Source of the DNA: Euglena gracilis
Lineage: Eukaryota
Assembly (NCBI GenBank): GCA_039621445.1
Contig: CP154954.1
Coordinates: 24,564,954 to 24,628,953, forward strand
DNA length: 64,000 nucleotides
Direction of reading: 5' to 3'
Of this stretch, positions 1-10,925 are shown piece by piece. A program made the position numbers and the translations under genes. The notes beneath the pieces were generated by a model. It searched no databases, had not been told where the DNA came from, and saw nothing but the letters and a program-made list of their open reading frames with translations. Each line of letters starts with the position of its first letter. The first letter of the stretch is position 1.

Positions 1-2419
1 CCCCCTTACGGCGCGAAGCGCCGGAGATGGTGAAAAGTTTCCCTGAAAAATTACCAAAAACCTCATGAGGGACATCACTGCCAACCGCTTTCCGTCGAAC
101 TTGATGGAGAAAGGCCGAGAATGCCCTGCGAGTTGAATGCCCGATTGATGTGTCGGTGGTTCTTTGCGCAAAGTCGAAACACTTTTTGCAACTCAGCTTC
201 CCATCGGTGAAGCCATTGCAACACGTTGGGGATCGTCGCAACCGTTGCGTTGTGCTGGCGGGCGGCCCCACAACGCACCCGTTCCAAACCGCTGGCACAT
301 GACTCATACAGGCGTGGGTGTCACTCTCCGCCTGACCAAAGGCCTCCCGCCCATTTCCACTCGCCCTTCGCCGACTGCCTCGGCTCGGAAGTTTCATCCT
401 TTACATTCACCTGGGACGTTTCCCAAGGGGGGTTGGCCTTTTTGTCCCCAGTTCACTCATCTTGGCTATCTGGGGTCAGCCTAATTTTTTTCCCAAGGTT
501 TGCACGTGGGCGGGTTGGTTCGAGTTTTGTTGGGGAGACCCGCCCAGGGGGGGGGGGGGAGTGATCCAGGTTTTAAAAACTTTGGGTGGGCTTTTGGTGG
601 AGTGGATGGGTGTGGGAAGGTGGCAGGTGGCCTGCCTTGTGGAACTGCCCCTTCCCCGCTGAGGGCATCACCCATATGAATCTCTGGTCCCCTCCGCGGC
701 TTTCGACCGGGAGGCCCTCCCTGGGTTGCCTCGCTGCCGTCAGCGCCGCGGAGGGTGGATCTCTCCCGCCACCTGTGACAGCCCGTCGCCTGCATCTGTA
801 CAAAATGTTGCTTGAAACTTTTTTCATTAATCTATTTGTTCATTTTCAAGGGGGGATTGGAGGTGTGTAATGGAGGTGATGAGATGATTCATTTCTATCT
901 CCCCCCATTTCGCAGGTTTTAGCTGTTTCCCAGGTTTGCCGGCTTCTGGTTTGCTTTGACTTTCTTTTTCTTCACATTTTCCTGGGATTTCAAGTATTTG
1001 ACATATTTAGCTATCCTGATTGCTGAATGGCTTGAGAGAGTTAACAAAATCATGCCACAATGGAGTCTGTTTCGATCCGCAAGGCAAGCTGTGTGGCTGG
1101 CCGTTCCACTTTCGCCCCCAATGCTACCGGTCTGCAGCACCAGGCGCACCGTCAGGCAGGCACGGTGGTGGCCTGGCCCAGGTCTTGCGACCCCGTCCAG
1201 GGGCACCCGCTACAGGCGACCCCTCCCCCCACGTCGTGACCTTGCCCTCCCCCCCCCCTGCGCTCCTCACCTGTGTCAGGTGGCAGGGCATACCGTGCGG
1301 TGGCTTCTTTGGGACGTTCATTCCCCGGATTTCTCTTTGGCCTCGCTGTCCGCGAACATTGAACCCCTGAGGGGCATTTGTGCCCCCCCCCCCGAGGATG
1401 AAATCTGTGCTCGTTTATGTTGAGGGGAATTTATCCTGTCTGGAAGCGACGTGGCTGCAGCAAAAGAACTGAAGAGTTGAATTCAAAACTGAAGAAAAGC
1501 TGCATTACGAATGAACTCACTGATCCAATTACCCCCCCTCCACCTTTCTCAGGGGTTGTCATTTGGGCTCGGAAGACCTCCACGTGATACACAATTTTCT
1601 GATTGTGAAGGGGAGAACACGTTCAAAATGAAGTATTTTTTGTTGATTTTTCTGCTGTTCTAGCTGTTTGTAGTGCTTTTGGTGGGTGGGACACGATTTT
1701 TTGTTTTTTTTTCCTGTTCTCCCAGTGGGACTCTTTGGCACAATGCCTAAGGTGTTTGATTTGTAGGTGTCTGAAGGATCTGGCAATATGCAGTTTGTTT
1801 TGTGGCCACATTTGCACCCACACCTGGCCCCCTTTTCAGAGATTTGGTATTCCTTCGAACTGAAATGATTGATTGGATTTTGATGGTTGACCCCTTTCCC
1901 TTTTTTACCTGTTTTGGGAAGGTAATAATTATTTTATGATATTATACATTGTATGCGTGATATAGTTTATGTGATGGATATCATGCAGATATATTCTTCT
2001 CTTAATGGAAGGGGGGTCGTATGGAGTGACCTGGGTCCGATTTTCCGGGAAAGCCGGGGTTATGGATTGGGATAGGGTTAGGGTTCCAACCGGAATCCCA
2101 GGGTTATACACTTTTTAGGAATTTAGACAGAAGTTAGGCCACATTCCATATCAAATTCAGCCGAATTTAGGTCGAATTCGAGCATGTTTTCAGTAAAAAG
2201 TGTTTTCGAAAATCTTCCCAGATTGGACTTAACTTCCGGCCTAATATGGTCCCTAAAATTGGCTTGTTTTCGGCGCGACGGTCCTAACCCCAACCCCATT
2301 CCTTTTTCCAGCCAGGAACCTTTTTCCAGCCTGGGACCCCACCACCATCGAGATTTATTTATTTCCAGCCACCCTTCGGGCGGCTAGAAATAGAAATGGA
2401 TTTTTCTCTTTTGGGGGTA

Positions 2420-2588
2420 CCCCCCCCCCCTGGGCGTTTGGCCGCCCTCCTCCTTACATGCAAACATGTCTCCCCTAAAGTTGGCCTTAGGCCGTTTGTA
2501 CATGAACGCCAAAATTCTTAACATGCAAATTTGTCCCCCATAAGGTTGGCCCCCTGGGCTTACCTTCAATCATGGCCCAGGGGGGGGG
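2420..2588. mobile_element. Short TA-flanked MITE of the 'CCTCCTCCTTACATGCAAAC' family
   Basis: TA-C-run ... G-run-TA ends. The internal sequence recurs at about 33553-34095, 35706-35770, 38330-38545 (reverse), 56376-56557 and 56630-56773. Confidence 0.6.
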
Positions 2589-3747
2589 TACAAAAATGGT
2601 CCAAAAATGGGCAAGAATGGGTCAAGAATGGTCGTAAGTGGGTCGGGATAAGAGCTGTCAAGGACATTTTTGGTGTCAAAGGGTTGTTTTTGCATAATTG
2701 GTAGTTTTTTGGACAGTTTTGCAACTTCAATTTTTTGGTACCCGGTTCGACTCCAGGTCGGGCCCAGCTCCAGCCCGGGACCCCTTAATGGGGAGGGGGT
2801 CAGCCAGCAGCCTTTTTCCAGCCAGCCCGAATTTTCTCGCCTCTGAGCTGGACCCCCCCCCCCCGGGAGGGGTCTTATGCACCGCCCTCCTCTGATCCGA
2901 AAAGTCAGAAATTCGGACCTGGGTCACTCCATTCAACCCCCCCCACTCCTGATCTCCCCCCCCGGGAGTCATTAAGAGTGAAGCTGCTATATATATGGGT
3001 ATGTTTATCTATATTAGGAGCACATATGTGTATATTAGGCAGATTTTAATTACTGCCCCCCTTTCCCCCAGGTGGGAGGGCCCAGTATTTAAACGAGAGG
3101 GGGTCCATTTTTTTTCAACGCAAGCTGATGGGTTTTGACGTCATTTTTCGGTTTTCGGGGGGTCCGAACCCCTCGTTTAGCTTCTGCCACCCCCCCCCAG
3201 TTAAAGCCTGCTGACAAAACATTATCTATTTGTCATTATGGCATCATCAAGTTTTTTTTGTTGTCTTGTTGGATGTATTCTGTTGCGTTTTTTCGATATT
3301 TGTTCGTTCTTTTCTCTCGATATGCATTTGCCAATTTCAGGGGGACCATGTTTGTATGTGGGCAGGATGGCTATACGTATATGTACGTGTAAAGGTAGAC
3401 ATATTCTTCTGCAACTGCTTCTTTAGCCTTTCATTGGAACAAAGACCATGGCAGCATGGCTAAACATGTGGTCCAATTGCAGGGATTGTGAATATGACTG
3501 CAAATCTGACCGAAGCAAACAGAATTGGGCATTTCTATCTATGAAACCATTCATCATACCAAACAACCAACGGTTCTCCCGAAGTGTGAGGGCACCTCCT
3601 GATGAAGAGCCATCAAATAAGACGGCTCCTCTGGGCTTTCCACCAGATGGTTATGGTTATGGTTGTGGTCAACCACGGTGGCAATGACAGCGATTTGCCT
3701 GGACCCCCTCCCTCACCCCTCACCCCCCACCCCCAGGGCCGTCCGCC

Positions 3748-5624
3748 ATGGGCTGCGCCTCCTCCTGCGCCACCGTCGTGCCCCGCGCGGAGGCCCCGCA
3801 GTCCCGCACCACCGCCGCCGCCGCCACCGCCGCCACCCTGATGGTCGAGTCCAGCCGGCCCTCTGCCAACCCAAACGTCTGGTTGGAGCAAGTCGGGCGG
3901 TGGGTGGGGCCGGCTGGCCACCGGTTGCGGGGGCACCATATGGTGGCGTTTCCCACAACTGGGGTTCGATGTAGCCCCCCCTCCCGGACCGGACAACCTG
4001 CCCTGACACCGACCCCCGCCCATGACCGGCAGGGGGGTGGGTCCAAGACCAGGCAGCCAATGGCGAAGCCCCACAACGCCGCGACCGCCTCGTTCGACCC
4101 ACTGGAGCAGGCGGAGGAGCACTCCCCCGGCCAGGTTGCAGGGGCTGAGTAGTCAACAGGGTCAGGCCCATTTCCTTAATTTGGCACATTTTTGCAAAAA
4201 AAAATAGGAGGCACACAACGAAAATTTGGCATAAAAACCGTCTTTGGTCACAATTGAAGGCTGCCGAAGGTCACAGAGGTACCCGAAAAGTTTGATTCCC
4301 CCCCCCCCAAATGTAAAGCCGGGGGGGGCTTTATATTTGGGGGGATTTACTGAGGAAGCCTGAGCAGCTTGAGGATGGCGCAGTGCACGAACACAACGAA
4401 CACTCCCAGACCCATGCACGCACACAAACATCCACACACACAAACAATTACACACAGACACATGATACCCACAACCCCACGCCACGGCACACCACGCGAC
4501 ATCACAACGCCACAATGCGCCATGACGCTGGAGGCAAAAAAGCCAGACACAAAATACATCTGTTTCACAAATGGAGCATTTCTGGCGAAAAAAAAATGTT
4601 GCATCCACCCAAAATTTTTCTACTTTTTCCTGAATGACACCAGCGTCTGGCTCCACGTCAGGGGGGGCTTTATATTTGGGGGGTCAAAACCCCCCCAAAT
4701 AGTATTGCACTGCCGCATTATTGGACACTATAGTGCAGCACTATTTGGACCCGCCGTATTATTGGCCCCGCAGCATTATTAGGGGGGGGGGGTACGTGGC
4801 CCTCTGGTTGCCCGGTTAAGTTCTGAGCCCCCGGGTCTGCCCCGTCAGTTTCCGCACGCTGTCTGACGACGAGGACCTGACGGGCCCTACGGCGGCCTGT
4901 GCCAGCCCCCTGCCGCGGCCGCGCCCAAACGCCCTCCTCACGTTCCGCGTTCGGGGGCCCCCACGGACCCCCCGGGGCGAGAAAGTGCTCACGTCCCAAC
5001 CACCGTTTGCTTATAGGGCTGCCTTCGTGGCCTCTGCTGCATTTTGCACAGGTTTGTGTGGATGGGTGTGGGCGGGGGGTGGGCTGCTGGGCGCGGCAGC
5101 AGTTTAGCGGCACCCAGACAAAACCGCCTCTGATATCGGATGCCCAAACCACCAACATCCCCTGCCGCAACTTGCTGCATTTCAGTGAAGGCAACGCAAA
5201 TGCGATGCAAAATGAGACACCAGATTGCTTTACAGATCACAGATGAAATCAAACCACATTCGCATCAAACGGAGGGTTCGTAAAGGTATGGTCCGAAAAT
5301 GTGACAATAAATTTTGGCAGGGTTTTGAAAATCTGGAACATTTATCTCGTCGTGTGCTCACAAGCCCAACGTGCCCCGGAGGAAGTAGTGTAAGGCTTCA
5401 GGAATTGGGCACATTTTGCTATTCTGGCCCATCGGCTTGCCTGGCGGGCAGCAGAGCCCATTCCCCAATGTGGCCCTCCTGCCCATCGTGGCCCCCTCCC
5501 CCAAGCCCTGGGCCGCGGCACCCCGGCCTCGGCCCCGCACCCACCGGGTCTCCCCCCTCCTCCCCCCGCGGCCCGCCCCGCCCCCCAGGGGCCTGCCCGC
5601 CGGCCGAAAGCTGCCGCAGCTGCA
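3748..5624 (+). CDS. Multi-exon host gene, paralog 1; Pro/Ser-rich protein with N-terminal MGC acylation-type motif, function unknown
   Basis: C-rich tract plus AG (3735-3736) precedes ATG 3748 (MGCASSC). GC3-rich exons at about 3748-3903, 4033-4128 (..EQAEEHSP), 4844-~5051 (VSFRTLSD..LLTFRVRGPPRTP) and ~5464-5624 (VALLP..RTHRVSPLLPPRP..RKLPQL). The peptides align with the gene at 43223-49680. The 3' end and some junctions are uncertain. Confidence 0.7.
4129..4843 (+). other. Putative euglenid-type nonconventional intron
   Basis: C|GGCCAGGTT..GGGGCT at the 5' end pairs with AGCCCC..GGTCTG-CCCC|G at the 3' end (G-U pairs allowed). CAG lies at +4. Removal gives in-frame SP|VSFRTLS, the same position as the intron in paralog 2. 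Confidence 0.65.
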
Positions 5625-6761
5625 GTACGGGATCTGGCTTGGGGGGGGCACAGACTGCGCCGCTCACCTCCCCAACCGTTCAAAGATGTCTTTGACAATT
5701 TGCAAAGACGCCATCCCCCCTCCCCCCGAAAAAAAAAATTACTCCCCTCCTCCTAGGGGGGGGGGGCAGTCACCTGGGTTGGCGGGAGGCTGGTTGACCC
5801 CTTTACCGGGAAAGGGTGCATAACAAAGCAGTTCTTTCCGGGGAGGGGCTTCTTTTGACCGAAGATTTCACCCAAGGGAATGGGTAATCTGGCAGGCGGG
5901 GGGGGGGGCAGGAGGGCATTTTCGGCCCCCGTAAGTTTTGGAGTGGGTAGTGCCACAGAACACCCAGCGGTGCCGAAGGTGCCAGGAACCTGAAAATGGC
6001 CTTTTTCAAGGAATATTGGCTTGGTTTCCTGGGGTCGTGACCCAACACGGACCCCCCCAGGGGAAGTTGTTTCTGGTGTTAACAAGAAGCCTGGACATGA
6101 CCTGCGGGCTCCCCCACAACCTCACGCAGCATTGGCCTTTCCGTTTGAGACCTTTTTTTTAGGTCTTCAGTGCCAGTGGCCCTCACAGGCACCATCACCC
6201 CGAATTGACAATCAATCTTCGGGGACGGATAATGCACGAGGCTCGCCTCTGTTAGGAGCAGCTATTGCGATGTGCCGACAAATGCAAGTGGTGCAAGGTC
6301 TGCATCAGCATCCCTTTTGCTCGGGCCGGGCCCACAGAATCGTGGAAAATGGGCCTCCCTTGAACTGAGTCCTGAGAAGCGATGAATGGTTTGGCCTACA
6401 TGAACAGAACCCGCCAGCAGTTTGCACTGCCCAAGTCTGAGGGGCCGGGGCCTACTGCCCCCCCCCCCACCCCGGCAGATCAGACCCCCTCCGCCTCCCC
6501 GCCACGGTGCAAGCCTCTCCTTTGGGGTGAGGCATCCAGTCCAACTTTTGACATTCTGGTGTGCATTGAAGTTTAATACCCCCAAATCACCCTGTCGTTT
6601 TTTTTAAAAATAAAGGGCATCACTGCCCCCCCGGGGGGGGCTTGGTAGTCAAACAGGAGAGTCTTTCTAAAACTTAAGCTGATGAGATGTCGACGGCATT
6701 TTGGAGGGTTTTTCCTGTCATTTTCAGGAGTGGGATCAGGACAACTTCTAGTAAGACGGGA

Positions 6762-8167
6762 GTCGCTGAGTTCTTACCCCTTTATGGGAAAGAGCGAAGC
6801 TTACCCCTGGGCAAAAGGGGGGGTTTGACCCCCCCCCCGGGTAGACTGTGAAAACCGCGGATTATCACCACTTACCCCGGCCCGGCTCCCGTAATTTTTT
6901 TTTCAGGCGCGAGCGACTGGATTTCTAGTTTCCAAATCACCTCCGTTTGACCCCCAACTGCCCGCCAGGCCCAAATTATTCACCTGCCATTTTGCCAGGG
7001 TCCAAAAATCGGTCAAAAAATTGTTCTTTCGAAAATATCTCGAGAAAACGTTTATTTCTGGAAGTGTCGGTCTGACGAAATGCACCCCCTATCGCCCTCT
7101 ATCGCCCCCCGTTCACCGTTTTGGCCGCCGCCGGCACGCTTTTATGGCCCAAAACGGCCATTTTGGGGTGTTTTGGGGGGGCTTTTTTTGGGTCAAAAGA
7201 TCGATTTTTCCAAAATATCTCGACAATGAAGCAAAATCAAAAAAAAATGTCCGGAGAGCAAAAATAAAGTCTTTGGAATTTACTTTTCCCCCAACCCTTC
7301 GTGCAGCCCGAGATACGGCCATTATTCGGCCAATTTCGCCCCAATTTTGGGGCCATGTTGGGCTGTTTTCAGGGTCAAAATATCTACATAATAAAATAAG
7401 TATAATAAAAAAGAGTATTCAAAATATCTCGGAAATGAAGCCAAATCAAAGGAAATGTCCGGAGACCTAATTTGAAGCCCTTGGAACGCCCTATCTACCG
7501 GTATTTTGATTGGTCCATTCATGGCCTAAAACACCGCAGCGCGGCAGGCTTGCGACTTGGCCGTTTTCGGCTGCCTTTGGGGTCAAAAAATCAATTTTTC
7601 TAAAATTGCTCGAAAATGGTGGGGAATTAAAGGAAATGTCCCGAGACCCAAATTGGAGTCCTTAAAATTCCCTATCTAACAGTATTTTCATTTCTCCGCA
7701 ACTCCCCGCCTGGCCCCAGTTACGACCATTTTTCGGCCACGTTTTGTACAGTTTTGGCTTGTTTTGATTTGGCCATTTTCGAGCATTTTTGGTAAAAAAA
7801 AGTCTAAAGAATCGGAAAATTTTTTTTGCTCGAAAACGTGTTTTTTGGCCTCCGGGACCCGGAAAAACCGTTTTCGAGCCAGAAATGAGTTTTTTGGTTT
7901 TCGACCCGCCAGCGCCCAATTTGGCCTGAAACCCATCGAATTTGGATTAAAACGGGTCAAAAAGTCGAAAAAAATCGAAAAATATTTTTGCTTGAAACGA
8001 TCTTCTTTGGCCTCGCGGACGCGGAAAAAACTGCTTTTGAGCCGAAAATGAGCGCCAAAACGTATCAAAAATTGCTTCCCATAACCCCCCCTCTGCCTCG
8101 CGTCCCAGCCACGTTTTCAGTGAAAAACCACGCAAGGCAAAGAGCTCAGCACTATTCAAAACCTGGT
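6762..8167 (+). mobile_element. Non-coding element with asymmetric inverted ends (Helitron2/Helentron-like), copy 1
   Basis: Starts GTCGCTGAGTTCTT with a local hairpin and ends AAGAGCTCAGC-ACTATTCAAAACCTGGT. Collinear with the copies starting at about 10598 and 15740. Confidence 0.6.
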
Positions 8168-8800
8168 TGGGGTTAGGGTTAGATCGAACTTAAGGAATTG
8201 GCTGTATTCGTGCCCAAATTCAGGCTAAAATTAAGCTTGGTCTTAAACTTGGGCCTGATTTTTTTTATTAGCCCTGACCCCATACCTGACAATTAACGGA
8301 ACCCTGATCCTATACTGAGAGCTGGCATAACGTATTGCGCATTTCTGTGGGACATCTCCAGCAAGGATATTGAAGATGCAGGCAATTGGCTTCAGGTCTA
8401 TTTCTCAAATGGGGGGCCCAACTACCCCCCCCCCCCAGTTTAACTACTGCCCCCTGGGGAGCATGGGGGGGTAGTAGTTAAAAACTGCCAACCAAGCAAA
8501 ATAGGCAGACAAGGTAAGTTAAAAAAAATCCCCACGGGCAGATTCCGAAGTCAGGGCTGCAGAATTTTTTAATTTAATTTGAGTAATAAAATTTAAATAT
8601 TCTTTGTGACACAGTTAACTTCTGTTTCTGAAGTGACAAATTCCTTTCCTTGGCCGCTGCCGCAAGAATTGATCTTACGGCCAATATTTTTGAAACGATT
8701 TTTCACCGATTTCATCGATTGAACCCTCCCAAGGTAAGGCCGCTTTGAAAATTGCAGGAGGAATCCCCGAGGAATCGCTTTGGTTTCTTCCTTTTCTAGT

Positions 8801-9356
<556 letters not shown>

Positions 9357-9803
9357 GCAGCCTGCTCTGAGCCGTACGGGCAGCTTGGCAGTCGCTGTGA
9401 ACCCTTTAGAAAACAGCCCGCCCCAGCCCCGGGGGGTTCTGCGGCGGGTGGCTGTCTTTGGAAACGGTATCGCACCCCCCCCCCCAGGTTTTCCTGCACC
9501 AATTTCAAGGGAAGTTACGAAGCCCCCGTGCACTTTACGGTGCCGCTGCAGCGGAGAGGGGACTTGCGCCGCCGCCACCACCGCCAGCCACCTCCTGCCA
9601 CGACGACCCAACCCCTTTCCACTCGCTCCTACAGGACAGGGCGGCTGCCCAGCTGCCCTACCAGTGCTAGCAAAGGCCCGGCAAGGACGTCTCAGGAGAG
9701 TTGGATGACCAGGCCCAGATGCAGCTGTGAGGTAAAAGGACCGAAAACAAGAATGCTGGGGGGGGAGGAAGCTGTATGCAAGTGCCATATATGGCACGAA
9801 CCC

Positions 9804-10075
9804 GGGTGAGGGTAGGGGGGGGGGGGGGGGGGGGGGGGGTAGGGGGGGGGGGGGGGTAGGGGGGGGTAGGGGGGTAGGGGGGTAGGGGGTAGGGGGGGGG
9901 GTAGGGGGGGGGGGGGTAGGGGGGGGTAGGGGGGGCAAGGGGGGGGGTAGGGGGGGGTAGGTAGGGGGTAGGGGGGGGCAAGGGGGGGGTTAGGGGGGGT
10001 GGGGGGGGAAGGGTTGGGGGGGGGGGGGGGGGGGGTAGGGGGGTAGGGTAGGGGGTAGGGGGGGGTAGGGGGGGG
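9804..10075. repeat. G-run tract punctuated by TA (G-quadruplex-prone)
   Basis: Directly visible. A similar tract lies at about 26450-26636. Confidence 0.9.
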
Positions 10076-10925
10076 CCGTCAAAAAATTTTTGTCCAAATC
10101 ACCTCAACACCAGTCAAAACCCACCCTAATGGCTCCAGAACCCCCCAATCGGGGGTGAATACGCAAAAACATGAGGGGAAAATGTCCATTTTGGGCCACT
10201 TTTGGCAAAAAAGTTGACCTAGGGCGCCGAAGGCGCCCTGCAGAAGAATTTGCTGATGGCGTTTTCCTGTGCCCAAAAAGAATTTATGAGGTTATGGAGT
10301 AGGGTTAGGGTTACGATTCTTATCCAAACAGCAGAACATTTCCCGCTCAACGTTGTTAGATTGGTCTCTACACATGGGGGGACCCTCGCTCGGCGCCTTC
10401 GGCGCCTCGCTCGGGTCCCCCCATGTTTTTAACCCTAGTTGGGCGGCTCTTTGGGGTAGCTGGTACCTTGTAGGGGCCAATTTATCACGTTTCTGAACAG
10501 CCGGCTGTAGTCCTCAAAAGCCGGGGCTTAAAAGTTCACAAAGGGGGGATTGCGGGAAAATGGTGGTCGGCCCGACCGTGGTAAGGGGTAGGGGGGGGTC
10601 GCTGAGCTCTTATCCCTTTATGGGTAAGAGCGAAGCTTACCACTGGGGGAAAAACCACCCCGAACCCCCCCCCCCCCCTTGGGGCCACCTAGGGAACCGG
10701 CGGATTATCACCATGATCCCGGCCCCGTTCCCGAAAATTTTTTTTTCAGTCACGAGCGACTGGATTCCTACCTCCCCCCCCCCTTGTCGTTGACACGGCG
10801 TGTCGTTGACACACCCCCCGTGTCAACGACACTTTTTTGGGACATTTTTTTTTTTGCGTTGGCCGCAGTTTCTGACAAATTTCAGCCAGAACATTTCAAA
10901 AATGTGTCGAATCTTCTTTCCAGAC

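Noticed and set aside
640-1423. GC-rich exon-like stretches (also about 6160-6540, 9510-9730, 29540-29830, 39920-40203 and 48340-48530)
   Set aside because: They may be real exons, but frame, splice sites and product cannot be supported from the sequence alone.
8168-8182. Telomeric TTAGGG repeats
   Set aside because: Only one or two degenerate units here and at about 28510 and 59460; not an array.
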